Source: Mytilus edulis (lineage: Eukaryota). From it: DNA of 64,000 nt. Made by a program: the position numbers and the translations under genes. Below the pieces are notes generated by a model. It had not been told where the DNA came from and ran no database searches. It saw only the letters and a list, made by a program, of their open reading frames with translations. Each line of letters starts with the position of its first letter. Position 1 is the stretch's first letter. Below, piece by piece: positions 48,501 through 60,393 of the stretch. Location of the stretch: the NCBI RefSeq assembly GCF_963676685.1, contig NC_092344.1, forward strand, positions 104,160,001 to 104,224,000, written 5' to 3'.

Positions 48501-51500
48501 ATTTGATGGACATGCTGGCCCTGATGCTGCAGTGATGGCTTCTAAATTGTTACATAAACTGATTGAGGTAAGATGGCTTCCAGGTTACTAGTATTATATT
48601 AAATGTGTAGTGCTAATTATCAAAATTGAATTCAAATGTTGGAAATTTAGACTGAAATGTTGCTTATAAAAATTTAAAATAACATTATAGACTACTTTAC
48701 TATGATTGCTTAGATCAGTTTCTCATCTATTATTGATCATGCATCTATATTTGGTCTATGTAAGAATTGTAACATGAACACATCCATCAGACAGAGTTAA
48801 CCTGATTTTGATTTTATTTTTTATTTTTGATAATTGAAAAATAGGAACAAAATGATGTTCAGGTCAGTTCTTTGTAAAGGACATAACAGACATGGAACTA
48901 AAACACATCCTCAATCACTGTGTGGTATCAGAACAATTATAAAGAATCCATATTTAATTAAAACTGATAGGGATATTTTCCTGTTTAGTGAATAGAAAAA
49001 CAAAGGATATGGGGTTTCCATTCATGACACAAAGTACATGCACAGCCAAAAACAAAAAGACAAAGGAACATCACTTTTATTGCTGTTTTTCGTCTCAAAG
49101 TTTGTGTAAGTCACAGTGAGGCAAGTACATACTTTTTTAATATTTGAATATTAAATATTTAAACAGTTGCTTTTGTTTTGTAGGAAAAGTTGAATGGTGT
49201 AAAAGACTTTATTTTTGAAATAGCAGGTCCTACAAAAGGTCAGCTTGGAGAATCAAAGCACGATTCAAAATCCATATCCATCCATAGTTTAGTGATTGGT
49301 GCACTGGAACAATCTTTTATTTCAATGGTAATAATTTAGCCTCAAATCTTCTGATTGTCACCATTTCACGCTGACCGGTATCATTTTACAAACCAAACTA
49401 ATACAATCAACCTTTTCTGTATACTTGAAGAATGTGTCTTGTTTATAGTGTAGAAAGAGACATGTCCAATAAAAGCTTCAATTTTACAGCAATTAGTTAA
49501 GATAAAAGCATTCAATTAACAAGCATTTTAATTTACATGAAAACAATTATTGTAGTTATATGTCTATCATGGTTTTATTTAAAACACACACAAAGACTTA
49601 GAATATATCATGTACTTGAGGTGGTTTTTTTTAGAATAAAATGTATTAACAAATAAATTGTATGTTTAAAACATAAATTACAGGTTGAATAATAGTTTAA
49701 TAATAGTGTTAAAATTATTTATGATAATACTTTTTTTTATTGCAAGAAAGTTTTACAGATAAAGACCTAAACATCATATAAATGGAAAGAAATTAAAAGG
49801 AGTAGGTCCGGTAAGGACCGATTTTGGCCTCAAATTTCAGGTTCATCTGACGAAAGATTTTGACCACTTTTTAAACACTTAAGTGTCTATTTCATTTGAT
49901 TCGATTAGTTTATGTGAAAGATTTTAACTTACTTAGTCATTAAAAACGATCCGATTCAAGCCTAAATATGAAAAATCTACCAAATATGCCAAAAAATGTC
50001 ACTTTTCAGATGGTTTTTGTCAAAAATGAAAGTGGCCGCATCCGTGTTCATCCTCAACCTTTATATATGTTATGTATAATCATAAAGTTCAACTTACATT
50101 TCAATATTAAGGATGAACACGAATGCGGCCACTTTCGTTTTACACGAAAACCGTCCAAAATTCAACTAAAATGCTAGAATTGTGAAGATTTCAGTAATGT
50201 AGCATGACTTAATGGTGCTAGTACCCGATATATGTGCATTGTATTATCCAAAACAGCCCATATTTATGTAGCAGAAGCATTTTACTGTCCAATAGATAAA
50301 TAAAAGTTTACATTTTAACAATTTTGTAAAACTGCTATATTTTGGGGCCAAAAAGGGGTCTTACTGGACCTACTCCTTTCTTTATGCAATAGAATACCAA
50401 AGCTTTGTATCTTACTGTGTAAAATACTGTACCATTTCAGGACCAACAAATAATAGACGAGAAACAGAACTATACAATTTCAGGAGGTTGTGCTGTAATT
50501 GTTGCTTTATTTTTACTGGGTAAACTCTACATTGCCAATGCTGGGGATTGCAGGTTGGTTTATATATATCATATCAGATAACTTCAGACCAGAATATAAT
50601 TGCTTCAGGCTAAACACTTTACTGGCTGTTTGTACATATGTTGATGGTGTGTTTGTGGTCAGGGTATTGATGTTTATTTATAATTGCTCTTATTGTATGT
50701 TGTACACACTGTAGATTTATCTGACTGTGGTAATGATTTTGAATAATTATAGAGATATCTTTTTGAAAATCAAAAGAAATGTTTTTTGTTGTTAAAGTTC
50801 AATTATGATATTGTATATTTATAAATCAATTTACTGTCAAAAGAAAAGAACATTCATTCATTACTAGAAATGCAGACTAGACATTTCAGCATAATCACAA
50901 TGTATAGTTAATTGTGGTTTTGATTTGAGTGACGTAGCTAAACATTTATCTGTGCATTTTTGTAGAGCAATCTACTGTAACAAGAAAGTAACTGTACAGT
51001 TATCCAATGATATGACACCTCATTATGAAAGACAGAGGATAATGATCCAGGTAAGATTTTCAAAGTTAACTAGAGTCATTCTGATATTAAAGAAGATTCA
51101 GATGCTAAACCGGGTACTCATCCATCACAATACCGTCAGACATACGGATATACCATTATTATAAAAATAACAAGATGTGGTATGATTGCCAATGAGACAA
51201 CTCTCCACAAGAAACAGAATGACACAGAAATTACCAACTAGATGATATTTGTTAAGATTTATGAATATGAGTATGTAAAGGAGTAAGTTCGGTAAGTGCC
51301 ATATTTGGCCCCAATTATAAAGTTCATGGTTACAAGACAATAATTGTTTTAAGTTGCCTTAAAGACAAGTGAAAAAGTTAAACAGAGCTGTTTTTGTCAA
51401 AGTTTAATTCTAACACAACGATTTTTACATTCCAAAACGGTCAAGGTAAGGGATTTTGGTGAAATTTGACAAAATCAGCGGGATTTCAACCAAATAAAGG

Positions 51501-54500
51501 ACCAGGAAACATAGAGCGCAGGCGTCAACAAGCTTAATATTCAAATAAGACATGTTTAACGTCTTCACAAACATTATTTTAAAAGATCTTTGTTGTCGAC
51601 GTATGCGCTCTATGTTTCCTGTCAAATAATCTTTGGAAATTTACCCATTTTCATTGATTTTTTCGTGAAAAATCAATATGAGTACAACTTGTGACGTCAT
51701 AATGAAACGCAGAAACGTAAAATTTTAAACAAAATGGCTTATATCCTATCTAGTCAATGTATTAGCTATAATTTATCGTGATATTGGTCAATAAATCCGA
51801 ATTTGAAATTTACGCTAAAAAAGTGGGCCATTTTAGGACCTTATCGAACATACTCCTTTGTTCATTAGTCAAGTTTGTTTGTTTATGATTATGTTAAGGA
51901 AATGTACCTTCTAACCAAACTTATGAAATTATCAGATTTCAAAATATATGTGTGTCAGTCTTGTTCAGTTAGTAATGTTAACAATTTTAATGAGAAAAAG
52001 GAATGTATGAAATATTCTTAAAAAACGAAAAATTACATGACTAGTAAGCTTTTATAAATATACACATATTGTACATATAAAATGAAAAGCAATATTGTAG
52101 GCAGCAACCACTTATCACTGGATAAAATGCTCCTGACTTGTGACAGGCATGAAAAGAATATGGTTGGGTTAAACATGTTTGTTAGTGCTCCACCCTGCCA
52201 TAACCTGATACAATGGTGTAACAGCACAGCATAAGAACTTGATTGTAAAGATTTGTTTCTGTTTTACTGTTAAATTCATATGAAAGACAATACTTTTCTC
52301 GAGATATCTTCTTAAAATTCTTATGAAAAGAATTAGTTTATTAAATCATACCTTTACACTTGTTCAGGCCATGACACGTCCAGAATTAATTGGAGAAGAC
52401 TTCACTTACAACGAATATACAAGAAGAATAACCAGGAACGATATTGGGAAAAGAATACTGTATAGAGGACCAATGATGACTGGATGGTCAGTAAATTTGT
52501 TATCTTATGTATTGATACAAGGTGGAAGGATTACTTGTCATTAATTGACAGATTCATACTTGAAAGACTATTTTACACAAAATTCATTCAATACAGATAC
52601 ATTCTTATTATGCACTAATACAAAAATTTGAACCAATGATAGAATCTAAAGTTCAATATCACTGTCAAATAGTGAGAAAACACTTTTAAATCAAATAATG
52701 GAAATATATGGAAATTGTTTGTCATTAATGTATTTCTAATTATGACTTGGTATGTATTTCTGATCATGACTTGGTATGTTTTTCTGATCATGACTTGGTT
52801 TGTATTTCTGATCATGACTTGGTATGTTTTTTTGATCATGACTTGGTATGTTTTTCTTATCATGACTTGGTATGTATTTCTGATCATGAATTGGTTTATA
52901 TTTCTGATAATGACTTGGTTTGTATTTCTAATTATGACTTGGTATCTATTTCTGATCATGACTTGGTTTGTATTTCTGATCATGACTTGGTATGTATTTC
53001 TGATCATGACTTGGTTTGTATTTCTGATCATGACTTGGTATGTATTTCTGATCATGACTTGGTATCTATTTCTGATCATGACTTGGTATCTATTTCTGAT
53101 CATGACTTGGTATCTATTTCTGATCATGACTTGGTATGACTTGGCATGTATTCCTTCTATGGTGAATAATTCTTGAAGTGTCTTACAATTTAAAGCAGAT
53201 AAATGTCAGTTGCATTAAATTTTCAGATCTTTAATGGACAGCTAATAAAAAGTAAATCTATACCATAGTTAATACTCAAATTTATTCAGGTTTGAAGTTG
53301 CAGCTTTTGAAGTTGAACAATCAAATAAAAGATGCCTATATTGCAGGCAAGTTAATTTTTTTTTAAAATTTTTTAAGGTCTTACAAAGTAGCTGATGAAG
53401 ATGATTTGAAAGTGCCATTAATATTTAAACTTGGAGGAAAGGTATGCAATTATTTATTTAATTTAAAAAGGGAAATACAATGATACCTGTATTAACTGGA
53501 CATCGGTAAGACTGCATACTTTGTTCTCATTAGACAGGTCTTTGGTTCATTCACAATCTAAACGGCTTTTAAAGTTAACAGAATATATCCACAATACAAG
53601 ATTTTAAAATCAAGTGAAGTAAAGCATTTTAATTTTTTTGTCAGATAGCTAAATGGATTATTTTTCCAAGTGTCCACATACAAAAGTATATTTGAATAAC
53701 CTTCAAACTTGTGGACTTTGAGGGAAAAAAACAAGAACTGAAGCCTTAATTTGTCTGAACATTTTGGAAAATATTTTCTGAGTAATATAATTTAGAATAT
53801 CTACAATGTAGAGGAGAAATATATAAATGATGAATATTCATGATAAACTGCACATGATACTGCACAAACTTGACATCACAAACATTTAAGGTTGTACACA
53901 CACAAACATCTAAAGTATTAGTTATTTCAACATATTGTACATGTCTATTTGCTGATATGCAAACTTTATAAAAAGAGAAGAAAACCTATTCTAAGAAATT
54001 TTCATGCCCCATTTATGGGCATTATGTTTTCTGGTCTGTGCGTCTTTGTTCGTACCTTCGTAATTTTGTCCATTTGTTTGTTGTACTGTCTGTTTGTCCT
54101 ACTTCAAGTTAAATTTTTGGTCAAGGTAGTTTATGATGAAGTTGAAGTCCAGTCAACTTGAAACTTAGTACACATGTTCCCTGTGATATGATCTTTCTTA
54201 TTTTAATGCCAATTAGAGTTTTTAACTCAATTTCACGGGTCCACTAAACATAGAAAATGATAGTGCAGATGGGGCATCCGTGTACGAGTATGGACACATT
54301 CTTGTTTTGAATATTTAAAGTATATTTTTCAGTCGAGACTTATGCAGACCATTGGTGTTTCTAGAGGTTTTGGGGACCATGATTTGAGAGTTTTTGATTC
54401 CAGAATATATTTAAAACCACTTTTGTCTGCTGTTCCAGAGGTAAGTTTGCTAATCATTGTTTTTGTAATCGTGTAGAACTTAGATATCTATTGGTCATTT

Positions 54501-57500
54501 TAATGTTTTACTGCTTTGTTGTTTTGGACAACACTTGATGAAGTTAAGAGTGATATATTCACCTTTTCAAACAGAATAGATTAGAACATTGCACTTTGAT
54601 CCTTAAACAAAGAAGAATAGAGAGAAACAGTAGTAAGTCCAGAAATTGCTTGGTTTATATTACAAGATGCAAATAAAATGTGGATTAAAAATATCAACAT
54701 GTATGAACAAAATTTAAAAAAACACTTTTTTGTAGTCATACCTAAATTAATATTTATGTTTAATATAATACAATTACATAGCAAGAGATAACATTTTATA
54801 TTTTAAGGTAAAAGTTTTTGATCTGAAATCCAACGTTGAAGATGCTGTATTAGTAATGGCCTCTGATGGATTATGGGATGTGATAACAACAGAAGATGTG
54901 AGAACTACTGTATATAATGTGTTAAATCAGAGTAGGAAGGACGATCCTAAAAGGTATGAACAAAATTTACATGGTATCCTAAAAGATATACATATTTACA
55001 AGGTATCATACAAGGTATACATATTTACAAGGTATCCTAAAAGGTATACATATTTACAAGGTATCCTAAAAGGTATACATATTTACAAGGTATCCTAAAA
55101 GGTATACATATTTACAAGTTATCCTACAAGGTATACATATTTACAAGGTATCCTAACAAGGTAAACATATTTACAAGGTATTCTAAAAGGTATACATATT
55201 TACAAGGTATCCTAAAAGGTATACATATTTACAAGTTACCCTAAAAGGTATACATATTTACAAGTTATCCTAAAAGGTATACATATTTACAAGTTATCCT
55301 AAAAGGTATACATATTTACAAGTTATCCTAAAAGGTATACATATTTACAAGGTATCCTAAAAGGTATACATATTTACAAGGTATTCTAAAAAGTATACAT
55401 ATTTACAAGGTATCCTAAAAGGTATACATATTTACAAGTTATCCTACAAGGTATACATATTTACAAGGTATCCTAACAAGGTAAGCATATTTACAAGGTA
55501 TACTAAAAGGTATACATATTTACAAGGTATCCTAAAAGGTATACATATTTACAAGTTATCCTAAAAGGTATACATATTTACAAGTTATCGTAAAAGGTAT
55601 ACATATTTACAAGTTATCCTAAAAGGTATACATATTTACAAGGTATCCTACAAGGTATACATATTTACAAGGTATTCTAAAAAGTATACATATTTACAAG
55701 GTATTCTAAAAAGTATACATATTTACAAGGTATCCATAAAGGTATACATATTTACAAGGTTTAAACAGGTACAAGTCAGGGCTTCCAAAACGATCATATT
55801 TTCTAGACAAGTCTGATAAATTATATTAACGGCTTGTAATGCCAAGGCTGACAAGGTCATTTTAATATAGTTTAGAAAAAAACAGACATTTTGATATAGT
55901 TCAGAAAAAAATTAAAGTTTATGTGATCTTTTTGACCTGACCTTTTGCCTTAAACAGCCACACATTTCTGGTCATATAAGTGACAAGATTAATAATAATT
56001 ACCCCTACTATAATACCCCCTTATTACAATCAAGATTAATTAGTTCTCTGACAGATGACTTTAACTGTTCAGGCACAGGCCCTGTCAGGTAAACTATTTT
56101 GTACCGGACATTGGTTGGTCTAGTTTTAAAAGGTATTTTCTTAAATTTCAGCAGTTTGTATCTAATTAATTAAGTCAACAAGATTCTGATTACCAGAAAA
56201 TGCATATAAATATGATTTGATATAAAAATTTAAAAAGGTAGTAATAAAGGTTTTAAGAGAAAAATCATCAGAACCACTTTGTTTTAGTACACTTGTGGGC
56301 AGGTGTGAGATTAAATTATGCATCTGAATTTTCAAAAATGATAAAAATATTATTGATACCTATATCTAACGTTTTTTTTGAGTCTTTTCCTATAGAAAAA
56401 ATGTGAAAAGATCTACTTTAACTCAATCGGGCTTTGAAAACGTACACAGATTTTACATATTTCACTCTGGTCTGTGTGTTACCATTGTCAAGTCAACATC
56501 CAGTAATACGAAAGTACTTTTTTTTTTAAAGTGAAGTTATTGACAGCATAATTTTGCACAAATAAAGAGTCTGAGACAGATATTAATACTCAGATATTGC
56601 ACACTGTGAATGGTGCACTGTCAATTTAACAGTTAGTGCCAGAACATCAAATTTATGTTAAAAATCTACAAGTTATATACCGTTTTTATGTCAATCAATG
56701 AACCATAATTCAAATAATGACAAATTGATTACTATGGTTGCCTTTTGTAACAAAGTCTTGAGGGATAAAAATCGGGATACAGGCCCGTAGCCAGGAATTT
56801 CCAGGGGGGGGGGGGTATTTGGACTCATTAACTCGACTTTAAAAGTCACAATTTGAACAGAACGTTGACTTTAACAGTGCTTATTTGGTTTCAAGGGGGG
56901 GTTCGTCTGACCCCCCCCCCCCCCCCTGGCTACGGGTTATGGGATAAGACAAAAATACCTGTCTGGCTTGAATATGTTTTTGCAAGCCCTGGTAAAAGAA
57001 ACCCATCAATTTTGAGAAATGACACATGACACTTGGTCGCTTACTTAATTATGATTTAAAGACAATTTCAGGGTTGTCTTTCCCACTGAAGCTTGTTGTG
57101 TCCTAAATCTGCATTAAGCTACATGTATCTACAAAATGGTTTATGAAATGCCTAGTTATAATGTTAGAATCATTGTTGTAGGTCAGCCTTTAATATTTCC
57201 TCTTCTCACAGCAAAATGGCTATGTTGACATTGCAGTTGTAACTGGAGAGCATGATTCTACATACAAAATCATCTTTGTCTCTACCGGGACTCGAACACG
57301 GGACCTCTGTGTTACAAGACAGTGGGCTGACTGAGTATCTATCACATGTTCTAAGGGAAGCAATCCCGTCACACTTCCCCTAACTCAAGAGACAACATAC
57401 CATTATGACTCACTCAAACATACCCTAGCTAAAATTTGTCTCTAACCACCATGGGTTTTTTCGTTGGGCGCCAATGTAACTGGAGAGCATGTTTCTACAT

Positions 57501-57985
57501 ACAAAATCATTTTTGTCTCCACCGGGACTTGAACCCAGGACCTCTGTGTTACAAGGCAGCAGGTTAACAGACTGAGCTAAAGAAGTACTTCCTTAGCTCA
57601 ATGGCTTACGGCTGACATAGTATCTACCACATGTTCTAAGGGAAGCAATCCCTTCACACAATGAAGGATTAATTATGAAAATTATTTTCCAATAACCTAT
57701 AAAAACTTCTCTGAATAGAATTCCTATATTAAATTAGTAAAAATATTCATAGAAGTTGAAATTTGAGTAGAAAACACATAATTCCCAACTATTTAAAAAA
57801 AAAATCCACTGTAGTATTAAAAGAGTTTTGTATTTTGTAGATTTAATGCAGTTGCTCAAGAATTAGTGATGCAAGCCAGAGGTACCCCAATCCATGGAAT
57901 GAATGGTTGGACTAAGAAAGATGGAACTGCTGGATCTTTTGATGATATTACAGTATTAGTTATACCATTAGGAGATGGAGTGTAA
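45568..57985 (+). CDS. PPM1H: Protein phosphatase 1H-like (PPM/PP2C), 460 aa; exons 45568-45791, 47041-47176, 48469-48567, 49184-49327, 50441-50553, 50966-51050, 52368-52486, 53378-53441, 54333-54440, 54808-54953, 57841-57985
   Basis: All junctions GT-AG and phase-consistent. Motifs: YGRPEFL, GYAEVINGGKSKLNEDQ, FDGHAG, ANAGDCR, YRGPMMTGWSYK, IGVSRGFGDHDL, DGLWDV, GSFDDITVLVIPL. An acceptor at 45553 implies an upstream non-coding exon. Confidence 0.92.
49796..50379. mobile_element. Kolobok-like MITE
   Basis: TIR AAAGGAGTAGGTCC / GGACCTACTCCTTT; internal inverted repeat at 50025-50140. Confidence 0.65.
51277..51859. mobile_element. Kolobok-like MITE with related termini
   Basis: AAAGGAGTAAGTTCGGTAAG / CTTATCGAACATACTCCTTT. 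Confidence 0.6.
52728..53147. repeat. 24-bp minisatellite (~17 copies)
   Basis: CTGATCATGACTTGGTATGTATTT unit. Confidence 0.95.
53998..54306 (+). mobile_element. HINE-like family B, short copy
   Basis: Homologous to 7124-7675. Confidence 0.7.
54944..55760. repeat. 29-bp minisatellite (~28 copies) starting at a PPM1H splice donor
   Basis: GGTATCCTAAAAGGTATACATATTTACAA unit. Confidence 0.95.
56780..56938. mobile_element. Short GC-rich MITE
   Basis: CCCGTAGCCAGG / CCTGGCTACGGG inverted ends. Confidence 0.6.
57238..57658 (-). mobile_element. Miniature LTR retrotransposon (TRIM) with tRNA-like LTRs (Helenus-like)
   Basis: LTRs 57658-57475 and 57373-57238 (TGT..ACA); PBS TGGCGCCCAACG; PPT GAGTTAGGGGAAG; A box TAGCTCAGTC and B box GGTTCAAGTCC / GTTCGAGTCC; flanks CAGT / CAAT. 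Confidence 0.85.
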
Positions 57986-58562
57986 TTTATGTGCAAACAA
58001 ATTTTCATTGGACGAGATGGATATGTGATGTTCAATTGTGTATCCAGGTGCTTGTAAAATGAAAAAAATGTGTTCATATGAAGATGTAATGAAAGTCTAG
58101 TCAACATAAGAATCAAAACTTCCATAGTATTGCTTTACTGCCACTTGTTGCTCTATATGACCTTGAAAATGTATTGATAATTGTTTTAATGTTCTCATAT
58201 TTTAGCATTCCAAATAATTTAATACTTCAAATAAAGTCTTGTTCCCAAGGGTCTAATAATCAAGTAACCTACATAAAACAAAAGAATGATAATAATTTTT
58301 GGTATACAGTTGTATGGTCATTGGCATATCTCAGTTCCAAAGGGATTATTTGGCCTTGGTCATAGACTTTGAAAAGTTTTTCATTGTTACAAGTTTAAGT
58401 GTTGCCATTTTAATTTATTCATTTGCATTATATTGTTGAAACTACAAATATTTCTCTGTGCCAACAGTTTATTGCATATTGGTACAATTTTTATTTTTAG
58501 ATGTTTAGCAGTATTTGTTATGTAGGAGGGTGTCCATTTAATTACAGTTTGGACTGTTTTAG

Positions 58563-59018
58563 CTACTGTAAATTCATTAATATTCATTGGATACTAATTT
58601 TCGTGGATCAAGGATACAGGAGAATCACAAATTTAAATGTTCAACCAATTACAAATTTAAAGGGAGGAATGCAGTTTTTACTCAATCCACGATAATTAGT
58701 ACCCACAAAAATAAATGAATCCACAGTTAATTTCTCTCTGAAGACTAATTGTCTTTGGTATTAGCAGACATCAATGAATATAACCTGTTATTGATGGCAT
58801 TCAAATACTGTGGACTCATTTGTTTTTTTTGGTATCAATTTTCGTGGATTGCTCAAAACTTGCATTTTCGTGGATATTTGATTTCGTGGTTTTGCCAATC
58901 ACTGTATACAAAGCCTATTGAAAATATGATATTTATTGAATATTTGAATCCATGGTTCACTTGTACCCACGAAACCCACGAAAACTGGTATCCAACGAAT
59001 TATAATGAATCCACTGTA
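58563..59018. mobile_element. Two small TACTGT..ACAGT-ended MITEs (Tc1/mariner-like) downstream of the PPM1H stop; a related element lies at 61381-61533
   Basis: TACTGT(A/G)..ATTCATT / AATGAATCCAC inverted ends. Confidence 0.55.
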
Positions 59019-60015
59019 GATGCTCCCTAAATACCTGCTTACTTCACAGCATGCTTGGCCTTACTTCGCAGCATGCTTGGCCTACTTCACAGCTTGCTTG
59101 GCTTAGCACAAATATGTTTTTATGAAAATGTTAACCTTGTTACAGTCATACAATTGTAATACTGGTTTATTCTCCAAAGTTTGATAGTGTTTATTGATTG
59201 TGAATCGATTCCAATGTATGGTTGGTTGTGATTTTATGCATGCATGTAAGCAAAAAAAAATTATTAATTAAGCAATTTTTCATTTTTTCCTACACCTTTT
59301 TGTGCAATTTTCAGCTTACACTGAAATATTTCAATCCAGCAATTTATTATAATGTAGGACCTAAAGATGCTTAAGGTCAAGTGTAGTTTGAACTGTAACA
59401 TGATTTCAATAGAGAAGAAGCCTTATATTTTAATTTACAGTTGATGATTATGTTTGTATGAAGAGTGATTGGAGCCTCTACTTTTTTCTTTTTTCTTTTT
59501 GACACAAGTATAAATTGTTTCACATTATTGTTGTTGTTTAATAACCACAAAAAACTATTTTATATTTTCAATTTGATTTTTACACAAGATGGTGTGTTTA
59601 AAGAATGTACAATTGTATCCAATATAGTGCCAAAACTTAGTTGTGCCAACATTTATTGATATGCAGGCAATCCTTATTGTCTTTAAACATAAACTTCTAA
59701 TCATCCTTAACACACAAAGAATTCAAGTCATCACTGAAATCATAGTTTGAATTCTGAAAGAAGAAAATATCTACAAATAAAAAACAGTGTTTCAAAAGTT
59801 GAAATTGTGTCAAATTTTACTTATTAAAAAACTAATTTGTAATATCCTATTTTATAATAATAATAAATCTGCAAAACAATATACTTTAGAAGTTCATAAG
59901 ACATTAGGCTTTCAATCATTAATATTTTATATTTTTTTCTATGTGTGTTTCATGTTTGAATTGAAGCTTTGAACTTCATTCATTTTGTGTAAAACTACAA
60001 AAACTTGTCAATAGT

Positions 60016-60393
60016 TATAGTAAGATACGATCTAAGGCTTTACATAAAGTATAGTAAGATACGATCTAAGGCTTTACATAAAGTATAGTAAGATACGATC
60101 TAAGGCTTTACATAAAGTATAGTAAGATACGATCTAAGGCTTTACATAAAGTATAGTAAGATACGATCTAAGGCTTTACTTAAAGTATAGTAAGATATGA
60201 TCTAAGGCTTTACATGAAGTATAGTAAGATACGATCTAAGGCTTTACATGAAGTATAGTAAGATACGATCTAAGGCTTTACATGAAGTATAGTAAGATAC
60301 GATCTAAGGCTTTACATAAAGTATAGTAAGATACGATCTAAGGCTTTACATAAAGTATAGTAAGATACGATCTAAGGCTTTACATAAAGTATA
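60016..60393. repeat. 34-bp minisatellite (~11 near-identical copies)
   Basis: TATAGTAAGATACGATCTAAGGCTTTACATAAAG unit. Confidence 0.95.

Noticed and set aside
52615-53176. Repetitive ORFs (MIRNRYQV / FLIMTWYV / ISDHDLV)
   Set aside because: Translations of a 24-bp intronic minisatellite; a period divisible by 3 keeps frames open.
57520-57590. tRNA-Thr gene on the - strand
   Set aside because: Cloverleaf stems are degenerate and the sequence sits inside an LTR; it is tRNA-derived, not a gene.
60016-60393. 34-bp repeat array resembling a CRISPR
   Set aside because: Head-to-tail repeats with no unique spacers, no cas genes, eukaryotic context.
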